Below, in pieces: positions 40,614 to 55,210 of a DNA stretch of 64,000 nt. The notes under the pieces were generated by a model. That model was not told the origin of the DNA. It ran no database searches and saw nothing but the letters and a program-made list of their open reading frames with translations. Within the stretch, counting starts at the first letter, position 1. Each line of letters opens with the position of its first letter. A program made the position numbers and the translations under genes. Source of the DNA: Auanema rhodensis (lineage: Eukaryota > Animalia > Nematoda); NCBI GenBank assembly GCA_964057225.1, contig OZ059895.1:19406001-19470000 (forward strand), given 5' to 3'.

Positions 40614-41979
40614 AATTAGCATAAATTAAAGTTCACGTAAATTTCAAAGTCATGGTTACCATGCACCAATATCAATAAAAATTTGTTTTTAGACTAATAT
40701 GGACATGGGGAATCTAATTTTGAAAACCACATCTCTTTATCTTTCACGTGAAGCGAGTTACATACCAAGTGCACATCACGTGTACATTGAATTAGCATAA
40801 ATTAAAGTTCACATAAATTTCAAAGTCATGGTTACCATGCACCAATATCAATAAAAATTTGTTATTAGACTAATATGGACATGGGGAATCTAATTTTGAA
40901 AACCACATCTCTTTATCTTCCACGTGAAGCGAGTTACATACCAAGTGCACATCACGTGTACATTTAATTAGCATAAATTAAAGTTCACGTAAATTTCAAA
41001 GTCATGGTTACCATGCACCAATATCAATAAAAACTTGTTTTTAGACTAATATGGACATGGGGAATCTATTTTTGAAAACCGCATCTCTTCATCTTTCACG
41101 TGAAGCGAGTTACATACCAAGTGCACATCACGTGTACATTGAATTAGCATAAATTAAAGTTCACGTAAATTTCAAAGTCATGGTTAACATGCACCAATAT
41201 CAATAAAAATTTGTTTTTAGACTAATATGGACATGGGGAATCTAATTTTGAAAACCACATCTCTTTATCTTTCACGTGAAGCGAGTTACATACCAAGTGC
41301 ACATCACGTGTACATTGAATTAGCATAAATTAAAGTTCACGTAAATTTCAAAGTCATGGTTACCATGCACCAATATCAATAAAAATTTGTTTTTAGACTA
41401 ATATGGACATGGGGAATCTAATTTTGAAAACCGCATCTCTTTATCTTTCACGTGAAGCGAGTTACATACCAAGTGCACATCACGTGTACATTTAATTAGC
41501 ATAAATTAAAGTTCACGTAAATTTCAAAGTGATGGTTAACATGCACCAATATCAATAAAAATTTTTTTTAGACTAATATGGACATGGGGAATCTAATTTT
41601 GAAAACCGCATCTCTTTCTCTTTGACGTGAAGCGAGTTACATACCAAGTGCACATCACGTGTACACTTAATTAGCACAAATTAAAGTTCACGTAAATTTC
41701 AAAGTCATGGTTACCATGCACCAATATCAATAAAAATCTGTTTTTAGACTAATATGGACATGGGGAATCTAATTTTGAAAACCACATCTCTTTATCTTTC
41801 ACGTGAAGCGAGTTACATACCAAGTGCACATCACGTGTACATTGAATTAGCATAAATTAAAGTTCACGTAAATTTCAAAGTCATGGTTACCATGCACCAA
41901 TATCAATAAAAATTTGTTTTTAGACTAATATGGACATGGGGAATCTAATTTTGAAAACCACATCTCTTTATCTTTCACG

Positions 41980-44900
41980 TGAAGCGAGTTACATACCGAG
42001 TGCACATCACGTGTATATTTAATTAGCATAAATTAAAGTTCACGTAAATTTCAAAGTCATGGTTAACATGCACCAATATCAATAAAAACTTGTTTTTAGA
42101 CTAATATGGACATGGGGAATCTATTTTTGAAAACCGCATCTCTTCATCTTTCACGTGAAGCGAGTTACATACCAAGTGCACATCACGTGTACACTTAATT
42201 AGCATAAATTAAAGTTCACGTAAATTTCGAAGTCATGGTTAACATGCACCAATATCAATAAAAATTTGTTTTTAGACTAATATGGACATGGGGAATCTAA
42301 TTTTGAAAACCGCATCTCTTTATCTTTCACGTGAAGCGAGTTACATACCAAGTGCACATCACGTGTACATTTAATTAGCATAAATTAAAGTTCACGTAAA
42401 TTTCAAAGTCATGGTTACCATGCACCAATATCAATAAAAATTTGTTATTAGACTAATATGGACATGGGGAATCTATTTTTAAAAACCGCATCTCTTTATC
42501 TTCCACGTGAAGCGAGTTACATACCAAGTGCACATCACGTGTACACTTAATTAGCATAGATTAAAGTTCACGTAAATTTCAAAGTCATGGTTACCATGCA
42601 CCAATATCAATAAAAATTTGTTTTTAGACTAATATGGACATGGGGAATCTATTTTTGAAAACCGCATCTCTTCATCTTTCACGTGAAGCGAGTTACATAC
42701 CAAGTGCACATCACGTGTACACTTAATTAGCACAAATTAAAGTTCACGTAAATTTCAAAGTCATGGTTACCATGCACCAATATCAATAAAAATCTGTTTT
42801 TAGACTAATATGGACATGGGGAATCTAATTTTGAAAACCACATCTCTTTATCTTTCACGTGAAGCGAGTTACATACCAAGTGCACATCACGTGTACATTG
42901 AATTAGCATAAATTAAAGTTCACGTAAATTTCAAAGTCATGGTTACCATGCACCAATATCAATAAAAATTTGTTTTTAGACTAATATGGACATGGGGAAT
43001 CTAATTTTGAAAACCACATCTCTTTATCTTTCACGTGAAGCGAGTTACATACCGAGTGCACATCACGTGTATATTTAATTAGCATAAATTAAAGTTCACG
43101 TAAATTTCAAAGTCATGGTTAACATGCACCAATATCAATAAAAACTTGTTTTTAGACTAATATGGACATGGGGAATCTATTTTTGAAAACCGCATCTCTT
43201 CATCTTTCACGTGAAGCGAGTTACATACCAAGTGCACATCACGTGTACACTTAATTAGCATAAATTAAAGTTCACGTAAATTTCGAAGTCATGGTTAACA
43301 TGCACCAATATCAATAAAAATTTGTTTTTAGACTAATATGGACATGGGGAATCTAATTTTGAAAACCGCATCTCTTTATCTTTCACGTGAAGCGAGTTAC
43401 ATACCAAGTGCACATCACGTGTACATTTAATTAGCATAAATTAAAGTTCACGTAAATTTCAAAGTCATGGTTACCATGCACCAATATCAATAAAAATTTG
43501 TTATTAGACTAATATGGACATGGGGAATCTATTTTTAAAAACCGCATCTCTTTATCTTCCACGTGAAGCGAGTTACATACCAAGTGCACATCACGTGTAC
43601 ACTTAATTAGCATAGATTAAAGTTCACGTAAATTTCAAAGTCATGGTTACCATGCACCAATATCAATAAAAATTTGTTTTTAGACTAATATGGACATGGG
43701 GAATCTATTTTTGAAAACCGCATCTCTTCATCTTTCACGTGAAGCGAGTTACATACCAAGTGCACATCACGTGTACACTTAATTAGCACAAATTAAAGTT
43801 CACGTAAATTTCAAAGTCATGGTTACCATGCACCAATATCAATAAAAATCTGTTTTTAGACTAATATGGACATGGGGAATCTAATTTTGAAAACCACATC
43901 TCTTTATCTTTCACGTGAAGCGAGTTACATACCAAGTGCACATCACGTGTACATTGAATTAGCATAAATTAAAGTTCACGTAAATTTCAAAGTCATGGTT
44001 ACCATGCACCAATATCAATAAAAATTTGTTTTTAGACTAATATGGACATGGGGAATCTAATTTTGAAAACCACATCTCTCTATCTTTCACGTGAAGCGAG
44101 TTACATACCAAGTGCACATCACGTGTATATTTAATTAGCATAAATTAAAGTTCACGTAAATTTCAAAGTCATGGTTAACATGCACCAATATCAATAAAAA
44201 CTTGTTTTTAGACTAATATGGACATGGGGAATCTATTTTTGAAAACCGCATCTCTTCATCTTTCACGTGAAGCGAGTTACATACCAAGTGCACATCACGT
44301 GTACACTTAATTAGCATAAATTAAAGTTCACGTAAATTTCGAAGTCATGGTTAACATGCACCAATATCAATAAAAATTTGTTTTTAGACTAATATGGACA
44401 TGGGGAATCTAATTTTGAAAACCGCATCTCTTTATCTTTCACGTGAAGCGAGTTACATACCAAGTGCACATCACGTGTACATTGAATTAGCATAAATTAA
44501 AGTTCACGTAAATTTCAAAGTCATGGTTACCATGCACCAATATCAATAAAAATTTGTTTTTAGACTAATATGGACATGGGGAATCTAATTTTGAAAACCG
44601 CATCTCTTCATCTTTCACGTGAAACGAGTTACATACCAAGTGCACATCACGTGTACATTGAATTAGCATAAATTAAAGTTCACGTAAATTTCAAAGTGAT
44701 GGTTAACATGCACCAATATCAATAAAAATTTTTTTTAGACTAATATGGACATGAGGAATCTAATTTTGAAAACCGCATCTCTTTCTCTTTGACGTGAAGC
44801 GAGTTACATACCAAGTGCACATCACGTGTACACTTAATTAGCACAAATTAAAGTTCACGTAAATTTCAAAGTCATGGTTACCATGCACCAATATCAATAA

Positions 44901-47900
44901 AAATCTGTTTTTAGACTAATATGGACATGGGGAATCTAATTTTGAAAACCACATCTCTTTATCTTTCACGTGAAGCGAGTTACATACCAAGTGCACATCA
45001 CGTGTACATTGAATTAGCATAAATTAAAGTTCACGTAAATTTCAAAGTCATGGTTACCATGCACCAATATCAATAAAAATTTGTTTTTAGACTAATGTGG
45101 ACATGGGGAATCTAATTTTGAAAACCACATCTCTTTATCTTTCACGTGAAGCGAGTTACATACCAAGTGCACATCACGTGTATATTTAATTAGCATAAAT
45201 TAAAGTTCACGTAAATTTCAAAGTCATGGTTAACATGCACCAATATCAATAAAAACTTGTTTTTAGACTAATATGGACATGGGGAATCTATTTTTGAAAA
45301 CCGCATCTCTTCATCTTACACGTGAAGCGAGTTACATACCAAGTGCACATCACGTGTACACTTAATTAGCATAAATTAAAGTTCACGTAAATTTCAAAGT
45401 CATGGTTACCATGCACCAATATCAATAAAAATTTGTTTTTAGACTAATATGGACATGGGGAATCTATTTTTAAAAACCGCATCTCTTCATCTTTCACGTG
45501 AAGCGAGTTACATACCAAGTGCACATCACGTGTACACTTAATTAGCATAAATTAAAGTTCACGTAAATTTCAAAGTCATGGTTACCATGCACCAATATCA
45601 ATAAAAATTTGTTTTTAGACTAATATGGACATGGGGAATCTATTTTTGAAAACCGCATCTCTTCATCTTTCACGTGAAACGAGTTACATACCAAGTGCAC
45701 ATCACGTGTTCATTGAATTAGCATAAATTAAAGTTCACGTAAATTTCAAAGTCATGGTTACCATGCACCAATATCAATAAAAATTTGTTTTTAGACTAAT
45801 ATGGACATGGGGAATCTAATTTGGAAAACCGCATCTCTTTATCTTTCACGTGAAGCGAGTTACATACCAAGTGCACATCACGTGTACACTTAATTAGCAT
45901 AAATTAAAGTTCACGTAAATTTCGAAGTCATGGTTAACATGCACCAATATCAATTAAAATTTGTTTTTAGACTTAAATGGACATGGGGAATCTAATTTTG
46001 AAAACCGCATCTCTTCATCTTTCACGTGAAGCGAGTTACATATCAAGTGCACATCACGTGTACACTTAATTAGCATAAATTAAAGTTCACGTAAATTTCA
46101 AAGTCATGGTTAACATGCACCAATATCAATAAAAATTTGTTTTTAGACTAATATGGACATGGGGAATCTAATTTTGAAAACCGCATCTCTTTATCTTTCA
46201 CGTGAAGCGAGTTACATACCAAGTGCACATCACGTGTACATTTAATTAGCATAAATTAAAGTTCACGTAAATTTCAAAGTCATGGTTACCATGCACCAAT
46301 ATCAATAAAAATTTGTTTTTAGACTAATATGGACATGGGGAATATAATTTTGAAAACCACATCTCTTTATCTTTCACGTGAAGCGAGTTACATACCAAGT
46401 GCACATCACGTGTACACTTAATTAGCATAAGTTAAAGTTCACGTAAATTTCAAAGTCATGGTTACCATGCACCAATATCAATAAAAATTTGTTATTAGAC
46501 TAATATGGACATGGGGAATCTATTTTTGAAAACCGCATCTCTTTATCTTTCACGTGAAGCGAGTTACATACCAAGTGCACATCACGTGTACATTTAATTA
46601 GCATAAATTAAAGTTCACGTAAATTTCAAAGTCATGGTTACCATGCACCAATATCAATAAAAATTTGTTTTTAGACTAATATGGACATGGGGAATCTAAT
46701 TTTGAAAACCACATCTCTTTATCTTTCACGTGAAGCGAGTTACATATCAAGTGCACATCACGTGTACATTGAATTAGCATAAATTAAAATTCACATAAAT
46801 TTCAAAGTCATGGTTACCATGCACCAATATCAATAAAAATTTGTTTTAAGACTAATATGGACATGAGAAATCTAATTTTGAAAACCGCATCTCTTTATCT
46901 TTCACGTAAAGCGAGTTACATACCAAGTGCACATCACGTGTACATTGAATTAGCATAAATTAAAGTTCACGTAAATTTCAAAGTCATGGTTACCATGCAC
47001 CAATATCAATAAAAATTTGTTTTTAGACTAATATGGACATGGGGAATCTAATTTTGAAAACCGCATCTCTTCATCTTTCACGTGAAGCGAGTTACATATC
47101 AAGTGCACATCACGTGTACACTTAATTAGCATAAATTGAAGTTCACGTAAATTTCAAAGTCATGGTTAACATGCACCAATATCAATAAAAATTTGTTTTC
47201 AGACTAATATGGACATGGGGAATCTAATTTTGAAAACCGCATCTCTTTATCTTTCACGTGAAGCGAGTTACATACCGAGTGCACATCACGTGTATATTTA
47301 ATTAGCATAAATTAAAGTTCACGTAAATTTCAAAGTCATGGTTAACATGCACCAATATCAATAAAAACTTGTTTTTAGACTAATATGGACATGGGGAATC
47401 TATTTTTGAAAACCGCATCTCTTCATCTTTCACGTGAAGCGAGTTACATACCAAGTGCACATCACGTGTACACTTAATTAGCATAAATTAAAGTTCACGT
47501 AAATTTCGAAGTCATGGTTAACATGCACCAATATCAATAAAAATTTGTTTTTAGACTAATATGGACATGGGGAATCTAATTTTGAAAACCGCATCTCTTT
47601 ATCTTTCACGTGAAGCGAGTTACATACCAAGTGCACATCACGTGTACATTTAATTAGCATAAATTAAAGTTCACGTAAATTTCAAAGTCATGGTTACCAT
47701 GCACCAATATCAATAAAAATTTGTTATTAGACTAATATGGACATGGGGAATCTATTTTTAAAAACCGCATCTCTTTATCTTCCACGTGAAGCGAGTTACA
47801 TACCAAGTGCACATCACGTGTACACTTAATTAGCATAGATTAAAGTTCACGTAAATTTCAAAGTCATGGTTACCATGCACCAATATCAATAAAAATTTGT

Positions 47901-50900
47901 TTTTAGACTAATATGGACATGGGGAATCTATTTTTGAAAACCGCATCTCTTCATCTTTCACGTGAAGCGAGTTACATACCAAGTGCACATCACGTGTACA
48001 CTTAATTAGCACAAATTAAAGTTCACGTAAATTTCAAAGTCATGGTTACCATGCACCAATATCAATAAAAATCTGTTTTTAGACTAATATGGACATGGGG
48101 AATCTAATTTTGAAAACCACATCTCTTTATCTTTCACGTGAAGCGAGTTACATACCAAGTGCACATCACGTGTACATTGAATTAGCATAAATTAAAGTTC
48201 ACGTAAATTTCAAAGTCATGGTTACCATGCACCAATATCAATAAAAATTTGTTTTTAGACTAATATGGACATGGGGAATCTAATTTTGAAAACCACATCT
48301 CTTTATCTTTCACGTGAAGCGAGTTACATACCGAGTGCACATCACGTGTATATTTAATTAGCATAAATTAAAGTTCACGTAAATTTCAAAGTCATGGTTA
48401 ACATGCACCAATATCAATAAAAACTTGTTTTTAGACTAATATGGACATGGGGAATCTATTTTTGAAAACCGCATCTCTTCATCTTTCACGTGAAGCGAGT
48501 TACATACCAAGTGCACATCACGTGTACACTTAATTAGCATAAATTAAAGTTCACGTAAATTTCGAAGTCATGGTTAACATGCACCAATATCAATAAAAAT
48601 TTGTTTTTAGACTAATATGGACATGGGGAATCTAATTTTGAAAACCGCATCTCTTTATCTTTCACGTGAAGCGAGTTACATACCAAGTGCACATCACGTG
48701 TACATTTAATTAGCATAAATTAAAGTTCACGTAAATTTCAAAGTCATGGTTACCATGCACCAATATCAATAAAAATTTGTTATTAGACTAATATGGACAT
48801 GGGGAATCTATTTTTAAAAACCGCATCTCTTTATCTTCCACGTGAAGCGAGTTACATACCAAGTGCACATCACGTGTACACTTAATTAGCATAGATTAAA
48901 GTTCACGTAAATTTCAAAGTCATGGTTACCATGCACCAATATCAATAAAAATTTGTTTTTAGACTAATATGGACATGGGGAATCTATTTTTGAAAACCGC
49001 ATCTCTTCATCTTTCACGTGAAGCGAGTTACATACCAAGTGCACATCACGTGTACACTTAATTAGCACAAATTAAAGTTCACGTAAATTTCAAAGTCATG
49101 GTTACCATGCACCAATATCAATAAAAATCTGTTTTTAGACTAATATGGACATGGGGAATCTAATTTTGAAAACCACATCTCTTTATCTTTCACGTGAAGC
49201 GAGTTACATACCAAGTGCACATCACGTGTACATTGAATTAGCATAAATTAAAGTTCACGTAAATTTCAAAGTCATGGTTACCATGCACCAATATCAATAA
49301 AAATTTGTTTTTAGACTAATATGGACATGGGGAATCTAATTTTGAAAACCACATCTCTCTATCTTTCACGTGAAGCGAGTTACATACCAAGTGCACATCA
49401 CGTGTATATTTAATTAGCATAAATTAAAGTTCACGTAAATTTCAAAGTCATGGTTAACATGCACCAATATCAATAAAAACTTGTTTTTAGACTAATATGG
49501 ACATGGGGAATCTATTTTTGAAAACCGCATCTCTTCATCTTTCACGTGAAGCGAGTTACATACCAAGTGCACATCACGTGTACACTTAATTAGCATAAAT
49601 TAAAGTTCACGTAAATTTCGAAGTCATGGTTAACATGCACCAATATCAATAAAAATTTGTTTTTAGACTAATATGGACATGGGGAATCTAATTTTGAAAA
49701 CCGCATCTCTTTATCTTTCACGTGAAGCGAGTTACATACCAAGTGCACATCACGTGTACATTGAATTAGCATAAATTAAAGTTCACGTAAATTTCAAAGT
49801 CATGGTTACCATGCACCAATATCAATAAAAATTTGTTTTTAGACTAATATGGACATGGGGAATCTAATTTTGAAAACCGCATCTCTTCATCTTTCACGTG
49901 AAACGAGTTACATACCAAGTGCACATCACGTGTACATTGAATTAGCATAAATTAAAGTTCACGTAAATTTCAAAGTGATGGTTAACATGCACCAATATCA
50001 ATAAAAATTTTTTTTAGACTAATATGGACATGAGGAATCTAATTTTGAAAACCGCATCTCTTTCTCTTTGACGTGAAGCGAGTTACATACCAAGTGCACA
50101 TCACGTGTACACTTAATTAGCACAAATTAAAGTTCACGTAAATTTCAAAGTCATGGTTACCATGCACCAATATCAATAAAAATCTGTTTTTAGACTAATA
50201 TGGACATGGGGAATCTAATTTTGAAAACCACATCTCTTTATCTTTCACGTGAAGCGAGTTACATACCAAGTGCACATCACGTGTACATTGAATTAGCATA
50301 AATTAAAGTTCACGTAAATTTCAAAGTCATGGTTACCATGCACCAATATCAATAAAAATTTGTTTTTAGACTAATGTGGACATGGGGAATCTAATTTTGA
50401 AAACCACATCTCTTTATCTTTCACGTGAAGCGAGTTACATACCAAGTGCACATCACGTGTATATTTAATTAGCATAAATTAAAGTTCACGTAAATTTCAA
50501 AGTCATGGTTAACATGCACCAATATCAATAAAAACTTGTTTTTAGACTAATATGGACATGGGGAATCTATTTTTGAAAACCGCATCTCTTCATCTTACAC
50601 GTGAAGCGAGTTACATACCAAGTGCACATCACGTGTACACTTAATTAGCATAAATTAAAGTTCACGTAAATTTCAAAGTCATGGTTACCATGCACCAATA
50701 TCAATAAAAATTTGTTTTTAGACTAATATGGACATGGGGAATCTATTTTTAAAAACCGCATCTCTTCATCTTTCACGTGAAGCGAGTTACATACCAAGTG
50801 CACATCACGTGTACACTTAATTAGCATAAATTAAAGTTCACGTAAATTTCAAAGTCATGGTTACCATGCACCAATATCAATAAAAATTTGTTTTTAGACT

Positions 50901-52537
50901 AATATGGACATGGGGAATCTATTTTTGAAAACCGCATCTCTTCATCTTTCACGTGAAACGAGTTACATACCAAGTGCACATCACGTGTTCATTGAATTAG
51001 CATAAATTAAAGTTCACGTAAATTTCAAAGTCATGGTTACCATGCACCAATATCAATAAAAATTTGTTTTTAGACTAATATGGACATGGGGAATCTAATT
51101 TGGAAAACCGCATCTCTTTATCTTTCACGTGAAGCGAGTTACATACCAAGTGCACATCACGTGTACACTTAATTAGCATAAATTAAAGTTCACGTAAATT
51201 TCGAAGTCATGGTTAACATGCACCAATATCAATTAAAATTTGTTTTTAGACTTAAATGGACATGGGGAATCTAATTTTGAAAACCGCATCTCTTCATCTT
51301 TCACGTGAAGCGAGTTACATATCAAGTGCACATCACGTGTACACTTAATTAGCATAAATTAAAGTTCACGTAAATTTCAAAGTCATGGTTAACATGCACC
51401 AATATCAATAAAAATTTGTTTTTAGACTAATATGGACATGGGGAATCTAATTTTGAAAACCGCATCTCTTTATCTTTCACGTGAAGCGAGTTACATACCA
51501 AGTGCACATCACGTGTACATTTAATTAGCATAAATTAAAGTTCACGTAAATTTCAAAGTCATGGTTACCATGCACCAATATCAATAAAAATTTGTTTTTA
51601 GACTAATATGGACATGGGGAATATAATTTTGAAAACCACATCTCTTTATCTTTCACGTGAAGCGAGTTACATACCAAGTGCACATCACGTGTACACTTAA
51701 TTAGCATAAGTTAAAGTTCACGTAAATTTCAAAGTCATGGTTACCATGCACCAATATCAATAAAAATTTGTTATTAGACTAATATGGACATGGGGAATCT
51801 ATTTTTGAAAACCGCATCTCTTTATCTTTCACGTGAAGCGAGTTACATACCAAGTGCACATCACGTGTACATTTAATTAGCATAAATTAAAGTTCACGTA
51901 AATTTCAAAGTCATGGTTACCATGCACCAATATCAATAAAAATTTGTTTTTAGACTAATATGGACATGGGGAATCTAATTTTGAAAACCACATCTCTTTA
52001 TCTTTCACGTGAAGCGAGTTACATATCAAGTGCACATCACGTGTACATTGAATTAGCATAAATTAAAATTCACATAAATTTCAAAGTCATGGTTACCATG
52101 CACCAATATCAATAAAAATTTGTTTTAAGACTAATATGGACATGAGAAATCTAATTTTGAAAACCGCATCTCTTTATCTTTCACGTAAAGCGAGTTACAT
52201 ACCAAGTGCACATCACGTGTACATTGAATTAGCATAAATTAAAGTTCACGTAAATTTCAAAGTCATGGTTACCATGCACCAATATCAATAAAAATTTGTT
52301 TTTAGACTAATATGGACATGGGGAATCTAATTTTGAAAACCGCATCTCTTCATCTTTCACGTGAAGCGAGTTACATATCAAGTGCACATCACGTGTACAC
52401 TTAATTAGCATAAATTGAAGTTCACGTAAATTTCAAAGTCATGGTTAACATGCACCAATATCAATAAAAATTTGTTTTCAGACTAATATGGACATGGGGA
52501 ATCTAATTTTGAAAACCGCATCTCTTTATCTTTCACG
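41980..52537. repeat. Near-perfect tandem duplication of a 30-monomer (5279-bp) block
   Basis: Private variants repeat at +5279: ACTTAAATGG 45971/51250, ACCGAG 41998/47277, plus ACTAATGTGG, CTCTCTATC, ATGAGGAATC, GTGTTCATTG, AATATAATT, CACGTAAAGC and ATTGAAGTTC. The start lies between 41961 and 41998. Confidence 0.9.
42021..44132. repeat. 6-monomer (1056-bp) higher-order repeat x2; further copies at 47300-49411 and 36925-37980
   Basis: ACCGAG at 41998 and 43054, and GCATAGATT at ~42555 and ~43611 (offset 1056). Monomer order is fixed: AAAACTTG, TTTCGAAG, GTTATTAG/CTTCCAC, GCATAGAT, GCACAAA/AATCTG, CCAC/GTATATT. Confidence 0.85.
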
Positions 52538-53986
52538 TGAAGCGAGTTACATACCAAGTGCACATCACGTGTACATTTAATTAGCATAAATTAAAGTTCA
52601 CGTAAATTTCAAAGTCATGGTTACCATGCACCAATATCAATAAAAATTTGTTTTTAGACTAATATGGACATGGGGAATCTAAGTTTGAAAACCACATCTC
52701 TTTATCTTTCACGTGAAGCGAGTTACATATCAAGTGCACATCACGTGTACATTGAATTAGCATAAATTAAAGTTCACATAAATTTCAAAGTCATGGTTAC
52801 CATGCACCAATATCAATAAAAATTTGTTATTAGACTAATATGGACATGGGGAATCTAATTTTGAAAACCACATCTCTTTATCTTCCACGTGAAGCGAGTT
52901 ACATACCAAGTGCACATCACGTGTACATTTAATTAGCATAAATTAAAGTTCACGTAAATTTCAAAGTCATGGTTACCATGCACCAATATCAATAAAAACT
53001 TGTTTTTAGACTAATATGGACATGGGGAATCTATTTTTGAGAACCGCATCTCTTTATCTTTCACGTGAAGCGAGTTACATACCAAGTGCACATCACGTGT
53101 ACATTGAATTAGCATAAACTAAAGTTCACGTAAATTTCAAAGTCATGGTTACCATGCACCAATATCAATAAAAATTTGTTATTAGACTAATATGGACATG
53201 TGGAATCTAATTTTGAAAACCGCATCTCTTTCTCTTTGACGTGAAGCGAGTTACATACCAAGTGCACATCACGTGTACACTTAATTAGCACAAATTAAAG
53301 TTCACGTAAATTTCAAAGTCATGGTTACCATGCACCAATATCAATAAAAATCTGTTTTTAGACTAATATGGACATGGGGAATCTATTTTTGAAAACCGCA
53401 TCTCTTCATCTTTCACGTGAAGCGAGTTACATACCAAGTGCACATCACGTGTACACTTAATTAGCATAAATTAAAGTTCACGTAAATTTCGAAGTCATGG
53501 TTAACATGCACCAATATCAATAAAAATTTGTTTTTAGACTAATATGGACATGGGGAATCTAATTTTGAAAACCGCATCTCTTTATCTTTCACGTGAAGCG
53601 AGTTACATACCAAGTGCACATCACGTGTACATTTAATTAGCATAAATTAAAGTTCACGTAAATTTCAAAGTCATGGTTACCATGCACCAATATCAATAAA
53701 AATTTGTTTTTAGACTAATATGGACATGGGGAATCTATTTTTAAAAACCGCATCTCTTCATCTTTCACGTGAAGCGAGTTACATACCAAGTGCACATCAC
53801 GTGTACACTTAATTAGCATAAATTAAAGTTCACGTAAATTTCAAAGTCATGGTTACCATGCACCAATATCAATAAAAATTTGTTTTTAGACTAATATGGA
53901 CATGGGGAATCTATTTTTGAAAACCGCATCTCTTCATCTTTCACGTGAAACGAGTTACATACCAAGTGCACATCACGTGTACACTT

Positions 53987-54155
53987 AATTAGCATAAATT
54001 AAAGTTCACGTAAATTTCAAAGTCATGGTTAACATGCACCAATATCAATAAAAATTTGTTTTTAGACTAATATGGACATGGGGAATCTAATTTTGAAAAC
54101 CGCATCTCTTTATCTTTCACTCCATAAAAATTTGTTTTTAGACTAATATGGACTT
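53987..54155 (+). repeat. Rearranged 169-bp monomer, copy 3 (scar at 54121-54153)
   Basis: Identical junction, preceded by the same two upstream monomer types (TTTTAAAAACC, then GAAACGAG). Confidence 0.95.
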
Positions 54156-55210
54156 AATTAGCATAAATTAAAGTTCACGTAAATTTCAAAGTCATGGTTA
54201 CCATGCACCAATATCAATAAAAATTTGTTTTTAGACTAATATGGACATGGGGAATCTAATTTTGAAAACCACATCTCTTTATCTTTCACGTGAAGCGAGT
54301 TACATACCAAGTGCACATCACGTGTACATTGAATTAGCATAAATTAAAGTTCACATAAATTTCAAAGTCATGGTTACCATGCACCAATATCAATAAAAAT
54401 TTGTTTTAGACTAATATGGACATGGGGAATCTATTTTTAAAAACCGCATCTCTTCATCTTTCACGTGAAGCGAGTTACATACCAAGTGCACATCACGTGT
54501 ACACTTAATTAGCATAAATTAAAGTTCACGTAAATTTCAAAGTCATGGTTACCATGCACCAATATCAATAAAAATTTGTTTTTAGACTAATATGGACATG
54601 GGGAATCTATTTTTGAAAACCGCATCTCTTCATCTTTCACGTGAAACGAGTTACATACCAAGTGCACATCACGTGTACACTTAATTAGCATAAATTAAAG
54701 TTCACGTAAATTTCAAAGTCATGGTTACCATGCACCAATATCAATAAAAATTTGTTTTTAGACTAATATGGACATGGGGAATCTAATTTTGAAAACCACA
54801 TCTCTTTATCTTTCACGTGAAGCGAGTTACATACCAAGTGCACATCACGTGTACACTTAATTAGCATAAGTTAAAGTTCACGTAAATTTCAAAGTCATGG
54901 TTACCATGCACCAATATCAATAAAAATTTGTTATTAGACTAATATGGACATGGGGAATCTAATATTGGAAACCGCATCTCTTTATCTTTCACGTGAAGCG
55001 AGTTACATACCAAGTGCACATCACGTGTACATTTAATTAGCATAAATTAAAGTTCACGTAAATTTCAAAGTCATGGTTACCATGCACCAATATCAATAAA
55101 AATTTGTTTTTAGACTAATATGGACATGGGAAATCTAATTTTGAAAACCGCATCTCTTTATCTTTCACGTGAAGCGAGTTACATACCAAGTGCACATCAC
55201 GTGTACATTT

